Source: Geosiphon pyriformis uo1 (lineage: Eukaryota; Fungi; Glomeromycota). From it: a DNA stretch of 62,288 nt. The position numbers and the translations under genes were made by a program. The notes under the pieces are model-generated. The model saw nothing but the letters and a program-made list of their open reading frames with translations. It was not told the DNA's origin and searched no databases. The stretch is from the NCBI GenBank assembly GCA_016748015.1, contig JAAOMT010000104.1, positions 1-62,288 of the forward strand, read 5' to 3'. This document shows, piece by piece, positions 14,501-28,691 of the stretch (positions within the stretch are counted from its first letter, which is position 1; each line of letters opens with the position of its first letter).

Positions 14501-15975
14501 TCTGCAATCTTATTTCCAGTGTTCTGAAATTTCAAAATAGTAACAGCTTTGAGATTAGTTATTAGTTAATAATAGGTAGTTATTTTTATTACATTTTTGG
14601 AATAACTAATAATTTTGTTGTTGCTATTGTTATTGATTGGTAAAATAGTTTTCTACTTTTTTGGTGAGTTAATCTATTTTTTTTCAGCTGCTAAGCTGGT
14701 TTTACTGATTGCAAAATTGACAAGTTTGGTGCAGTTTGCTTTTTTTATTGTTATTTCATAGTTTTTTGCATGTTAAATAATTGTAGCTAAGTCTACTAGA
14801 GCATGAAAACAAACTTTTTTGATTAATTTATCTTTTAATTCGGCTATAGATTGGTTCAAAATTTAAGTGTTGGAGTAATACTCATTGGTTTCCCAAAATA
14901 GATTATAACAGATTCAGAAAATTTTTGTTTAATATTTTAAAATTAATTTTAGAGAGTAATAGATGTGTTATTGTTAGTAAATTGTTCTAGAAAAGCATTC
15001 TTAAATATTTGTCAAGTTTTAAAAAGTGCATCTAAGTTTTTGAACTATTTGTTTGCAGTTCTTTAAAGAAAATAAGAAATAACTTTAAGTATTCTTATAA
15101 TATTTCATCTGTTTACATTTTCTGCTTTTTGAACTTTGTTAAGCTATTTTTGTAGACTGTTGTTAGTATTTTTTTTAGTGAATTTAGTAATTTTTGCAAT
15201 ATAAATAGTTGTCATGTCTTCTGTGTTTTTGTTTTCAGTAGTTTTTTTTCTGTGAATTTAAAAACATCTTTGCTGTTATCAGAGTAATTACTTTGGTTTT
15301 TTGCTAAAAAATCAAAAAAATTGGTACTGGTAGATATTGATTCTGGTTGTTGAGTAGGGCTTTTTGGTAAGATAAAATCTTCTGGTCTTAAAAACTAGAC
15401 AAGAGATAAATTTGGTATTTGTAATTAAGCAAGTAAAAGTAAAAATAATGTAATAGAAAGTGGTAATTTGACACTGGTTTTTTGTTCTGATGTTTGCAAA
15501 TATTTGGCAGTTATTCTTAGTATATTGTAAGTTGTATTGCTAACTTAAGATGTTTTTTTTTTCTGTTTTTTTTTGTTGTTATTTTTTGGTTCTAATTCAA
15601 AGTTGAAAAAATATTTGAACTATACCAAATATTTTTCTTTACAATATTGAATAATGTTAAAGTTGAGTTCTTGGAAGTAGGTGTCAAGTATTTTACTGTT
15701 AAAATCTTCAGTTTTTAAGTAAAAATAATACAATAAATTTTCATAAAGATTGTTTCTAACTTCTGAAATATTATAGTTTTCAAAAAAATAATTATTAATG
15801 TAGTTTTTAATATATTAGTATAATAATTTCTTGAAAATTTTAATTCTATTTTAGATGTTGAATTTTTGTTTACAGTAAATGTAAATTGACTAATAATACT
15901 CTAGAATTGTTGTGTTAATTGTGATTGCCACTTTGAAATTATTGTTGCTGTATTAATTTATAGGAAAGCATCAAA

Positions 15976-17793
15976 TATTACTAAAAATTTTTGGTTTTTT
16001 TTTTAATATTGTTAATGTTTGTTTGTTGTAAATTTACATTTTTTGGAAGTAGTTGAACTTTTAATAACTGAATTTATCTTCAAATTATTTTTTATAATTT
16101 GAACTGCTGGATTTATAAGTAAAATAGCCAATTTTATATCAGTTATTTATATAGTTACATTATAGTAAATGTTAACTTTTTTCCAGGAATTGCTTATCTA
16201 AAAGCTTACTAAAAATATGTAGTTACTTTGCTATAAAAGTTAACTTTTTTACAAAAATCTCATCTGTAGACTACTTTAATAATTTATAATATAAAAAATA
16301 AAAGAAAATAAAACAAATATAAAAGAAATAAGATTTTGTTAAAAAAATCGTTTTCTGGTTCAGGCCTGAAATCACTAATGGTATTATGGTTTAAGAATTT
16401 AGCAAAAAAATTATAAAATAATATAAATTATCCAATCATATTATAGCACAATAATAATCTTAAAAAAGTAATAATTAATATTATAACAATTACTATTTTA
16501 TAATAGTAGCAAGCACCAGCTTGTAATAGTAATCAATACCAACTGGTAATAGCAACAAACATCAGATTAAAATATCAAAAAAAAAGTATTACAATGTGAT
16601 TTTTTATAAAATTACAAACATGTATATATACAATAGCTTTAATATTGAAAAAAACAACAAGTCATAAAAAAACAAAATATTAAACAATTCATCTAACAAT
16701 TCTACTTTAATTATCTTTTAGTTTTTATTTTTAAAATAAATATCCACAAAAACTTTTAATCAAAAAGAAATGAAAAAAAAATATTAAAACCTGAATTATC
16801 ACAATTCAAAGTATTAAAAAATTTACTTGTATTATTTATTGAAGGAAATTATTATTTATTAATTGAATTTTTTGAAAGAATAATCTTTAATCAAGATTAT
16901 TTATGTTGTTACTAATTGATAAAAGCTTTATTGTAAGAATTAAGAAAAATGCTAAGACTATTAACATTCTGTGTTTCTAAATTAAAAAAACACATTAGAT
17001 AATTACAAAAATAGCCTTAGAAAAGACTCGAAACAATATGTAGATTTCAGTTCAGTTTCTGAGAAGAAGTACATAAACACACACAACAATCAAAATTAAA
17101 AAATAACTTACATTGCAATATTAAAAAAAGTTTTCAGTATAAATATCAATATTATTATACAAATAAAATTGAAAAACTTATAAAAAACTGATTGCAATTA
17201 AAATAGAATATTGGCAATTAAAATATACCAAGAAAACCATTCTGTAACAATAGTTTACTGAAATTGGCAGCTAATTAATTTCGAAATAATAGTTGAATTT
17301 TGAAGAATTTCAAATATAATTACTAAAAAAATTAGTTTTTTAAGAATATTTTTATTTTTCGAATTGTACTAACTAAGGATAAATCTAGAGGAAAATATCT
17401 ATAATAAGATATATTTTTTTTTATACAACTTGTTATAGTACTAGTTTATAAACTTGAATTTTTTCTTTTGCTATAATTTTAATAAACTAAAATACATTTT
17501 GTTAACTTATAAGTTATTTTAATAAACTATTACTATTTTGGTAAACTATCTATTATTTTGGCAAATTTCTACAAATTTGACGAATTTTTGAATATTATAT
17601 GATTTAAAGTATTGTATAATTTTAATCATTTTAATTTTTATTGTACAAATCAAGTTATTAATTAAATAGTGATATTTAATAATTTGATTAAATAATAAGT
17701 GATAATTGAAATAATATTAATATATGTTAATTAATAATAGAAATTATAAAAGTAATTTCATGCTAATTAATTGCTAAAATTTTACTGGTAATA
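15976..17793 (-). repeat. 5' LTR of V2 (split by a solo W LTR)
   Basis: Homologous to 3076-4085; termini decayed to TATTAC/GTAATA. Confidence 0.88.
16382..17249 (+). mobile_element. Solo LTR, W family, inserted in the V2 5' LTR
   Basis: Homologous to the W LTRs (33662-, -42969); TSD ATGG/ATAG; the uninterrupted site reads ACAG at 3479-3482. Confidence 0.92.
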
Positions 17794-19117
17794 CTGTAAT
17801 GAAATTTGTCAAATCAAGTCAAACCAATTAATTGATATCTAAATATTTATTCTTAATTGATAAAAACTCAATGTATGTGGCAAAAGCTATGAAAAATCGA
17901 AATATTTAGATGTCTAAAGATTGTTTTAAAGTGCTTTTGTTTACTTTGCTTATAAGTATAATTGTGCATAATTTTGGTATTTTCTTAAAAAAGGCTGGTA
18001 AAAAAAATTGTATTATCAATTAGTTATTTTAAATTGACAATAGAGTTTATTGTACTGTGGTTAGATTTAAGACAGAAAATAATCTAAATTCTGTATTTTG
18101 CACAGAGTCAATTTTGGATGAGACAAAACTCTCTTGGATTAGATTGGATTTGGTTAGATATGAGAAATATAGACATTTTAGATATTTTGTTTTAGAGTAT
18201 AATATCTTTAGTACTTTTATTCTTCTGTTTTTAAAAATATTTAAAAAGTTTGTCTCAAGTAAAAATTATTTATAGCTGGCCAAATTGTATGCCAAAAAAA
18301 ATATTTCTATTTTTTGCCTTGTTGTTTTTAGTAATAAGTTATAAACACAAATGTTTTTATTAGTTTTAGTTTTTAATAATGTCTTATTTGGTTTTAGTTC
18401 TGGTTTATTTTTCTCTAATATTTTGTATGTTAAGATTTTTTCTTTTTAACAGAGTGTTTTGTCTATTAAAACTTATTTAGTTTTTTTTAAATACTTATTA
18501 AAATTGTTAACTGACCAGATTTTTGGTGTTTTATATAAGATAAATGGCATAGAATTGGTTCTCCTGACTTTTGTCTTTCTATTTTTTGTTTTAGTTTTAT
18601 TTTTGGTTTTGGATTTCAGTTTAGATTTGAATATGATTATGAATAAATTACAAACTTTATTTATATTTTTTTTTTGATAGCATTTAATACTTCAGATTTA
18701 AGTCCAAACAGTTTTAAAATTTTGACAGTCAAAATGAGTGGTCTAAAATGAAAATTGGCTGTACTTAAAAGCACAATTAGTTTAGTATTAATTAGATTAA
18801 ATCAAATAAATACTGATTTAGATTTTTCAACAAAATTTTCTTCTTAATAACAAATTTTATCTGGAAAATTGCTATATATAATGTTAAAAAATTGAACAAT
18901 ATAGTTAAACAAAAAGATATTATTAGGTGACATAATAAATCTGGCAATTTGGTTTTTATAGTTACTAAAATTAAGTTAAAAAAACAGTCTAGATTTTGAA
19001 TCTAGAACAAGTTTCTGGATTTGAAGATTTTAATTTCTGGTTTAAATTTTGGTTATTTTAACTTAGAAGTAACTATAGTAATAAACAATATTCTTGCTTA
19101 GCATATATGTAAAATAT
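17794..19117 (+). mobile_element. Decayed non-LTR (LINE) element, part 1: ORF1 with Zn knuckle and start of APE endonuclease
   Basis: After reversing G>A/C>T changes: LVRCEKCGHFGH..LEC-like knuckle at ~18150-18200; WKIATCNVRGLN...IVTETKL-like APE motif at ~18860-18980. Confidence 0.7.
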
Positions 19118-19864
19118 TGTTACAAATTGGAGTAACAAGCTAAAAAATAGTAAAAGAAAACAGAATTGTAAAGTAATGGAAATAATCAAAGAGAAAATTA
19201 CAATAAAAAAGTGAATTAAATAAGTAAGAATTCAATGTGTGTGATTAGTTTCATAAAAATCATAGTTACAAATTTTTTCTGGAAATCTAAAGATAGAAAA
19301 ATAGTTCATAATTGTCAACAAAATAACACTACTGCTATTATTTTATGTTTTAACTTGGCAATTCTTAGAATCAATAACAGATATTATTGTGTTTTTTAAT
19401 CGTTTTTTTATTTAATGAATTACAAAAGCAAGTAATTACTTTTCAGGCTAATTCTAATAAAACAAATTAAAAAAAAAAAAGATAAAGTATATAAATGCCA
19501 ACAAATAATTTTTTATCTTAAGATGTTCAAATACTCAAAAATAGAAAAAGGAAATAAGCAATATGAGAGAAAATAATTGATAGTAAGTTTTATTTTATTA
19601 CTTTGATCATGTTTTTCTATAATTAAGAGACTTATTACTTATATAACTATTGAAAATAGTTAATAACCAGATTAATAACTAGGTTAATAATCAGGTCAAC
19701 AATTAGGTCAATAATCAGATCAACAATCAGGTTAATGATCAGGTCATTGATCAGATCAATAATCAGGTCAATGATCACTATCTAAAAATAGAGTAGCTAA
19801 TTATATAACATTAGTAACTAATATATGTAATAACTAATAAAAAGTATGGGTTTCAACTATAATA
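19118..19864 (-). repeat. 3' LTR of U with a 12-bp tandem array (~19660-19778)
   Basis: Direct repeat of 26166-26926; unit like CAATGATCAGGT. Confidence 0.92.
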
Positions 19865-19879
19865 TTATTCTCTCCAAAA

Positions 19880-20478
19880 AGATTAAGCTCTAGTGAAATC
19901 AAGCTATTCATAAGATAATCTAATTAAAAAGTTTTGTCTAACTTAAAGCTAACTAGTTTATTGAAGTTTTTGGTAGATATAATATTTAAGGCAAAATAAG
20001 TTTTGTATTTAAGAGACCAAATCTTTGTATAAAAGTTTTGGTTCTTTTAGCAATAGTCAAAACTCTTAAAACATCTAATTATATAATGCCCAAAATTTTT
20101 ACTTAAATCTCTAAAGTTGTTTTTTTTATAAGTTTCATATCTTCTATAATTTCACCAAAATAATCATAGAGTTCTAATTGCCTTCAATATAACAAGTTTT
20201 TGTTTATGAGCAAAATTTCTTGGATTGTTTTTCCAATTATGCTAAAAAGTAGAAATATAGCTGCTGTTATACTTTCCAACAAATATTTATTCATTTTGCT
20301 ACCAATTTTTTTTTTTGGTAGTGGTTTTTTTTAATTTAATAACAATATGTATTCTACTGTTATCAATTATAGTCTGTTTTTCAATAGTCAAAATAGTATT
20401 TAAATAGTTTTTGATTCAATACTCATAGAAAGTATAAAAAGTGTTTTAAATGTTTTAATCCAGGAAATAATTATTCAT
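19880..20478 (-). pseudogene. Probable ORF3 remnant of U
   Basis: ~600 bp between the IN end and the PPT, ATG at 20478, ends in the shared GATTTCA..AGAGCT motif; heavily decayed. Confidence 0.5.
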
Positions 20479-20479
20479 G

Positions 20480-21815
20480 TTGATTAAAAATATCTCTATT
20501 TTGGGAATAGTGCATTTATTTATATCTAATTTTTGTTAATTATTTGGGTTGATATTATTACAACAGACAACCAATCAGGTCGTTTGTGATATTTCTTGAG
20601 TTGTGTGCTATGAACAAAATAATTATTAAAGATTATTTTATATTAATCTTGTAGAATATAAGAACTATTATTCAAAACTTTGTTGATTAAAAAGAGTTTT
20701 TTTTACTGGCTAGAAAATTTATTACCATAGATATTGTTTTTGTCTGAATAATATTCCAAAACTAAGTTATCAATATTTAAGAAAAGTGTTTTGTAAGTTT
20801 TTTTTTTTTAAGCTTTTCTTAGAACCATTTTATTTTTTCAAAGACAATTATTTGTGTTTCTACCAATAAGTCAAAAATAGTACTAAGTTTTTTTTGCAAA
20901 ATATTTTTATAATTTTTTAGTGTGATTTTTTCAAAAGGTATTGTTTCAATATTAGTTTCTATTAGTAGTGTGGTCATCTATAGAATAGATAAAAAGATTC
21001 ATAACTTGTTATATTATAATTCACAGTTTTATAAGCAAACAAAACTAAAAACAGTACTTTGTTTCATAAGTTTGTTTTTTCATTAGTTTTGGTTAAGATT
21101 TTATATAGTGTTTTATTAAAACATTTTACTAGGCCATTTGTTTGAGAATGGTAAGAAAAGGAAAGTTTATAACATATTTCTATTTTTCTACAAAGTTTTT
21201 CAATTAGTGTACTAAGAAAAGCTTTTTTTTTATTAAATAAAAGTTCTTTGGGGCAGCCATAATGACAAATACTATTTTTATAAATAAAATTGGCTATTGA
21301 GACTGCTGTTTGGTTTGGAGTGGCTCTTGCTTCTACTTACTTTGTAAGATAGTCAATAACTGTGATAATGTATCTATTGTTATTAGAAGTTATTGTTAGA
21401 GGTCTAACAACATCTATGTCAATTTTGTTAAATAATTAACTAATAGAGATTGAATAAATATCTTTTTTTCAATTGAATTTGTTTCTTCTTTGGCAAATGT
21501 TACAGGTTTTGATGTACTCAGCAATGTTTTTTCTTAAAGTTGGTTAATAATAGTAAGCTGAAGTTTTTTGAATTGTTTTTGTTTTTCCAAAATGTCCAGC
21601 TAATAGATCAGTATGCATGTTATAGATCATAATTTCTCTTTCTTCAAATCTAATGACTCTTTGGTAGCAGAAAAGATTTTTTTTATTTCTTTTGTAGAGT
21701 TGATTCTAGTAAATTAAATAAAAATTTGATTGTTTGTGCAAATGTTCTTTTTGCTGTTAAGTACTGTCTTTTACCCGAAAATTTTATTAAGACAGAATAG
21801 TTGTTCAAATTTATT
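20480..21815 (-). pseudogene. Integrase of U
   Basis: IDIDVVRPL..DYLTK.VEARA, HSQTNGLVK; separated from RH by stops and an AC-rich spacer. Confidence 0.78.
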
Positions 21816-21879
21816 ATTGTGTTTGTTTATAAAAGAGTTACTAATAATTAAGTTGGTTTGGTTGAAAAGTTGTATTATT

Positions 21880-24800
21880 ACTGGATAATAAATCTAGAAA
21901 AAGCATTGGTGTTTTAATAATTAGCTACTTTGTGATGTTAAATGTTATAGTCAAATTCATCCAGATAAAATATTTAGCAAGTTATTTGTTTGTATTCCAG
22001 CTTTTTTTAATTGTACAGTCAAACCAAGACTTGATAATCTGTTACTATTAAAAATTTCACACCAAAAAATATTGATCCCAGTAACTAGTAGTCCAAACTA
22101 CTGCTAAGCATTTTTATTTAGTAACTGAATAGTTCTTTTTTGTTGGTGTGAAAATTCTACTGGCATATACTATAGCATGTTTTCTGCCATTTTTATCTTT
22201 TTATAAAAAAACAACACTAAGTTCATAGCCAAATGCATCAATGTGTAAAATAAAAAGTTGATCCAAATTAGGTTGTTTAAGAATTGGTTTAGTAACAAGT
22301 TTTTTTTTCAAAGTTTCAAAAGCTTTTTGTTAATGAGTGTTTTAATGATAATTAACATTTTTTTTGAGTAGCTAATTAAAAAAAAAGGCAATTTTAGAGA
22401 AATTCTTGATAAATTTGCAATAATAAAAAGCCAAACCAAGGAAAGAACATAGTTCAAAAACATTTATTGATTGTCTAATATTCTGAACTTTTTTAATTTT
22501 AGCTGGGTCAGGAAAAATTCTATCTTTTGTAATAAGATAACCAAAAAATTGGGTGAATTGTTATTTAAAAAAAGATTTAATTAGATTTATTTTGAGGCCA
22601 GCATTTTTAAGGAGATCAAAGACCTTTTACAAGTGTTTAAAGTATTCATCTCAGGTTTTTGAGTATACTATTATATTACCCAGATAAACCAGAACAAAGT
22701 TTTTTTTTACTAATTTAAATATTTTATCTATTAAGCATTAAAAAATAGAAGAGGCATTGGTGAGACCAAAAGACATGACTGTAAATTCATAGATGTCATA
22801 CTTAGTAATAAAGACAGTTTTCTTTCTGCTTTTTGGATCTATTTTTACTTGCCAAAATTTAGCAGTTAAGTAAATAATTGAAAAAAAAGCAGCACCATTG
22901 AATTTGTCTAGCATTATATTAATTTTAGAGAGTAAATACATGTTTCTTATAGTGATGACATTTAATTGGTGATAATCAACACAAAAACATAGGGTTTTAT
23001 CTTTCTTGGATACTATTACAACTGAAAAAGTCTATTTACTCTTGGTTTTTTGTATGAATCCAAGATTTTTCATTCTGTTTATCTCTTTCTTGATAAACTC
23101 ATCATTGTGTTAATTAGATTAATAAGGCTCCAAATGGATGGGGCAAGTTTCTTTGGTAATAATAATATGTTGTATCACATGAATTCATCTAGGAGTATCA
23201 CTTTCTTTTGAGATAACTGGGCTATTTCTAGCCAACAAATTTTCAATATCTATTTTTTTTTCTTTTGAGAAGAGTTTTTTTTGTTTTAGTGCAAGTAATT
23301 GGATCTCAGATAGTTTATTCTCAAAGAACTTTTGTATTTTTTTTAGTTCTTTTCTTGGTATTAGACTAATAGATTCTTAATTTTTGTAATAGATTAAGTC
23401 GAATATGTATTTATTATTAGGAGAATACAAGGGTTTATTACACCAGCATCAAACACAAGAACTATACTACCAATAACTATATTTGGCTTTTTTGCTGGGT
23501 TTTTTGTCAAAAATTCTTCTGAGTATGTCATAATATAGTCAGCAGATTAGCTTGTCATTTATAATAATTCTTTTTTTGTTAGTTTTAATATTGTCCAATA
23601 GCTTACTATTGCTGGTGAAGATAGTGTAAACAAGTTTAGCAGTTTTTTTTTTTTCTTCTTTTTGTTCTTCTTTTTTATTACTTTTTTCATTATTTGATTT
23701 ATCTAATTATTCTTCTTGTTGGTTCTGCTTGAATACTGGAGGAGTTGTTTAATAGTAACACTTAACCACAATGGGTTTTTTACCACATTTAATGATTAAT
23801 TTACAGAGTTTATAATCAAACAAAACTTTTGTTTTTTTGAGCCATTCATTGCCAACAATGATAGTATATTTTTTTGTTTCAAATACTTTTATGTTAGTTT
23901 CAATGCTAATGTTATTAATGTGGACAAAAACAGCTTTGGCTATACCAAGCCCTTTTTTTTTGTTATTATATATATTGGTTATTAGCTTAATTGTGGATTC
24001 ATTAATTTTTCTTCCAATAACTTCTAAAAAGTGTTTGGCAATTACACTGATAAATAATCTACTTTCTAAGATCAAATCAATAAAATAACTAGCCACTTGG
24101 GCTATGCAAATAAGAAAAATAACATTGCTGTTGTCAGCAAGTTTAGCTTGACAAGAGTGCTTGTTGGTCTTTAATGTCTTTTTCTTTGAAATTAAAGATT
24201 TGTAAAGGTCTTTTCTGAATTGTAAATGGGTTATTAATTGGCCAAAAATTATATACACTGAAGTTTCTATAGGATCTTTAACAATGAAATAGAGACCAAA
24301 TTTTTGTATTATTTCGGAGAATTTTAACTTTGGAGAATTCTTAAAAACTTTAGCTTTTGGTGGCTTATTGTTATTAGCAATTGATGTAAATGCTTTGTTT
24401 GAATCCAGAACAAAATCAATCTTGGCTTTTTTTTTCTTTTTTGTTGATTTAAAGATATTAATTGCTAGTTTATTCATATTATAATCATCATCAGTTAAGT
24501 TAAAAGCATAAAAGAAGTTTTTTTCTAGTCAGCTTACACTCTCACCCTTTGGAGGTACACTTATTAGTTTAAAGACTAATAAACAGTAACTTTAACTAGA
24601 AAATCTTCTCTAAAGAAATTAATGTTGGTATAATTGGATTTTTAATTAGAAACATTGTTGTTATTAGTTCTGTTGTGCTGGTTATTATTATTTCTAGGAG
24701 CTAGAAAAGACTGAAAAAAATTGTTGCAATCTCTGAAAAAATGCTCAGTTAATTTACAGCTATAACACATAGATGGGCCACAATTTTGTTGTCTTTGATA

Positions 24801-26100
24801 AGAAGGTTGCTAAAGCCAATTAAAACAGAATTCAAATTTGAGTGTTTGTAGTTGTTGGTCATCTCTAATTGTTTAAGTCAAGAGTTTTAGTAATTAGACA
24901 AGATTGGCTGTAAGTCTATCTATCAACTGTTCATTTGGGTTTTGAGTTTGGGCAGCAAAAGAGATAGCAGCATTTGTAGAACAGAAGCCATAACAGAAGC
25001 AGAAGCAAAAACTAGAAGTGTGAATCCTAGGTGTATTTTTTGATTGTCTTCTATTTTCTGGACAAATTCAATAGCCATATCTATTGTAAGATTATTTTTT
25101 AAAGCCAGGAGATGTCAAAGAACATAGAAAAAATCAGTTTTTAATTTTTTTGTAAAAGAATAAATCTTTTGCTTTTCTGTCCAATTTCTTTTAGAGTCTA
25201 CTTGTTTGATTAGCTTTTTTATTGCTTTAATGTATTCAGTTACTACTTTTCCTGGGCCTTGGGTTCTTCTTTCTAATTCTATGCACTATTTGAATATTAA
25301 TATTGAAGTTCTGAATTTGTTTTCAAACCAAGTGATAAAAAAGATGTTGTCTTTTTCAGCATTTTCTGGTGTCTATTTGATAATTTTTTGCTGGGTATTG
25401 GTATTGGTTTTTTGTAAAAACTAGATGGCAAAAAAGCCTTGGAGGTATTCACAATTATTTAGAATTTGTATTTATTGTCATATTGGTTGGCTGTAACAGT
25501 TTTTTCAAAGTCATCCAACCATTTAATTGGATCTTGTGTATTACTTCTAAATAATAGTAATAAGATGTTGTTTCTTTGTTCTAGAGCAGTTTATATACTT
25601 TGAAGAGCAGCCAAGATGTTTGCTTGCATAGGGTTATTAGTCATTGGTTTAAGAGTAACTGTTTGTGTAAAATGTTTTGATTTGCTTTAGAAGAGATTAA
25701 AAACAGAAGTGGTTTAATAGCTTTTTTTTACTGTTTTAAAGGAAGTTTTAGCTAATTGATAGGCAGCAATTCAGATGTGAATTTGGTGATTCAGATATTC
25801 AAAATTAGAGAGCTGTTATTTAAAGATTGTGGAATATAAAAGCTGATTGATGCTGTTGTTTCTTTTTTCAAAATTGTTTTCAAAATAAGCTTGGTTAAAA
25901 TAATAAATTATATAAGCTATATAGGTTTCAGCTGAATGCTTATTTAAAAACCAGTTTTAAAAGTCTTAGAATTGTCTACTGGATTGTTTTTTATTAAGAA
26001 AACAAATCAAACAGGAGAGCAAAAAATTGAGTTCAATAAAGTCAAGTTTGTTTTTGTTGTGTGCTTTAAAATGTTCTTCTGATTGTTATAGTAGGTATGA
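21880..26100 (-). pseudogene. gag-PR-RT-RH of U
   Basis: ORFs 23749-24477 (protease, IIVGNEWL) and 22738-22941 (RT); capsid-like segment from the ATG at 25644. Confidence 0.8.
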
Positions 26101-26165
26101 ATAATTACCTATACAATAGGAAAAAAAAGTGGATTTTGACAATCTTACAAAGAGTATTACTTTTA

Positions 26166-26926
26166 TGTTACAAGTTGAAGTAATAAGCTAATAGATAACA
26201 AAAAAAAACAGAATTATAGGATAATAAAAATAATTAAAGAAAAAATTACAATAGGAGAGTGAATTGAATGAGTAAAAATTCAATATGCATAATCAGTTTC
26301 ATAAAAATTACAGTTGTATATTTTTTTTGGAAATTTAAAGATAAAAAAATAATTTATAATTGTCAACAAAATAACACCACTGCTATTATTTTATGTCTTA
26401 ACTCAGTAATTTTTAGAATTAATAACAGGTATTGTTGTGTCTTTTAATCATTTTTTTATTTAATAAATTACAAAAGCAAACAATTGCTTCTTAGACTAAT
26501 TTTAATAATACAAATCAAGAAGGAGAAAAAATAAGGTATGTAAATGCCAACAAATAATCTTTTATTCCAAGATATTTAGATACTTGAAGATAGAAAAAAG
26601 AGAATAAACAATATGAGAGAAAATAATTAATAGTGGGTTTTATTTTATTACTTTGATTATGTTTTTTTACAGCTAAGAGACTTATTATTTATATAGCTAT
26701 TGAAAGTAGTTAATAACTAGATCAATGACTAAGTTAATAATTAGATCAATAATCAGGTCAATAATTAGATCATTGATTAAATTAATAATTAGGTTAATGA
26801 ATAAGTTAACAGTCAGGTTATTGATCAGATCAATGATCACTATCTAAAAATAAGGTGGCTAATTATATAATATTAGTGGCTAATATATATAATAACTAAT
26901 AAAAAGAATGAGTTTTAACCATAACA
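26166..26926 (-). repeat. 5' LTR of U
   Basis: TGTTAC...ATAACA, matches 19118-19864. Confidence 0.92.
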
Positions 26927-28622
26927 ATATCTAAGATTCCAGATTATTTTTTCTTAATTTGCTTGTTATTTGGCAATAAAATTTTAGTAACAGTTTTGGG
27001 TCTTTATGTTAAAACTTTAACTAATATGCAGTTTGATTAGATTTTTAATATAAATTTTTGTATTGTCAAAGTGGTTAACTCGAGTTTTTATGTAATATTA
27101 GAGGATAATTTCAATAAAAATTGTGTAAAACAGAGTATAAGTTTTAAAAAATGTCTTGATTTGGATTTGTATAACTTTTTATTAAGTAATTCAGCTGCTA
27201 ATTTTCCAACTTAAAACAACTTAAGAGATATAAAAAAAACTATTGAATATATTTTTTTAGTTAATATTTACTAATAACTATGATTAAGTAAAAAATTAGT
27301 AAAATTTCTGATTTTTTTAATACTAACTATTTAATTATTATGATTTTTTTTGGTCTAAAAGATCTTTTAAACAAGTATTTAAATGTTGTTTGAAAAAATG
27401 CTAACAAAAACTGATAAAAGTTTGGTTTTAAGAATGTGAATAAGTCTAAATAGACTTAATTTAAAAATTGCTTGTCAAAAAAGATGCTTTGTATGCTTAC
27501 TAGTTTTTAGAAAGCAAAGAAACAAGATAATTTGGATATAATATAAGACTTTTTAAAGAAGATAATGATTGAATTAGCTGACAATTTTTTTTTTTGAAAA
27601 TGGTTCAAGTATTTTGGTAATTTTAGAAATAAGCAGTTTTCTAAATTTTACAGATTAAAAGTTTTAATTTTGAGAATTATTAAGACTTATTTTTTAGGCA
27701 ATTTTATCAAATTTGATTATTTTGGACAAATTTAGTTAAAGCTAAATACTGGTGATTTTGGTGGTTTGTTTGTTCTAATTAAAAGTAAGACAAAAATTGA
27801 AAACATTTTTATGTATTTGTTAAAAACCAAAAAAATATTAAGCATCTAAGTACCAAGAATTTAAAGTAATAAAAGTATCTGCAATTAAAAATATGATTAA
27901 TAAAAGAGTAGAAAATTTTTGTATAAACAAGAGTTGTATAATCAGTAGTGTTCTAAAAAAACATTTTCAGAAAGTGGTTTTAAATTATTTGGTAGTTGAT
28001 AAAAATTTGGTTTTAGAACATAAGATGGTAAAAAACAAATAAAATAATAAAGCATTGAATTAAGAAGAAATTAATACCTAAGATAATATTTGACTTTTGG
28101 TTTCTATAGTATATATCTTTAAATTATGTTAAGAATAAAAATTTTCTGAGGTTATAAAACAAATTAGCTTGGAAAAATTGTTCTGGACAGTATATAATTT
28201 ACTTAATAATAAAACTGCTGACTTGTTTGGTATCTTGAATAAATTGTAAAAACATTATAGTTTTGAAGTTATGAATTGTTTCTTGGTCTTGTTAAATTGT
28301 TATCTTGATGTTAATATGGTTTTTACTTTATAAAAGAAAGCTTGAATGTTTATAATTCTAAAGTCTTATAAATAAGATAGTGTTTTAATTAATACTAAGT
28401 CTATAGCATTAATAAAAACAATCAAAAAAATTTTGTTAAAGATCTTTTTAGATTAAATTTTATCTGTATACAGCATATCTGGCATTTTATATGAGAATAA
28501 TTTTTCAGTATTGAAAAGTATATTAACTTAGTTACTAGTATTTGCAATAGATTTGGTTGTTGAAAATGTTTTGAAAAAAAACAGAAAATTGTAGTTATTT
28601 CTTTAAGACATATGTAAAACAT
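26927..28622 (+). mobile_element. Decayed LINE, part 2: rest of endonuclease, linker and RT N-terminus
   Basis: Back-mutated motifs NNKAAGLSGI.NELWKH (~28205), NTRPIALIETARKI (~28390), NFSVLKG (~28500), LQDMRKA (~28600), where Y inserts. Confidence 0.72.
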
Positions 28623-28691
28623 TGTTACTCATGAAAAGAAAACAGATATAAGAAAATAGTAGACCAATAAGTGAATAGTATTTAGCACATA

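Larger units (their letters stand above)
8808..17793 (-). mobile_element. Ty3/gypsy V2, older and heavily decayed V-family copy, 3'-truncated inside integrase
   Basis: Second colinear copy of IN/RH/RT/dUTPase plus Cys-rich, PR and gag regions; decayed PBS TGATGCTTTCCTA at ~15960-15973; 5' LTR 15976-17793; inserted into LINE ORF1. Confidence 0.88.
19118..26926 (-). mobile_element. Full-length decayed Ty3/gypsy U (no dUTPase), inserted in the LINE endonuclease
   Basis: LTRs 19118-19864 and 26166-26926, TSD ATAT/ATAT, PPT GGAGAGAATAA, decayed PBS; gag (DPIKWLDDFEK, CYSC..EH..RDC), PR, RT (FGLTNAS), RH, IN, ORF3. Confidence 0.92.

Noticed and set aside
3076-17793. One intact 14.7-kb element bounded by V LTRs
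   Set aside because: Flanks do not form a TSD, pol is present twice at different decay levels, and there is a junction at ~8807.
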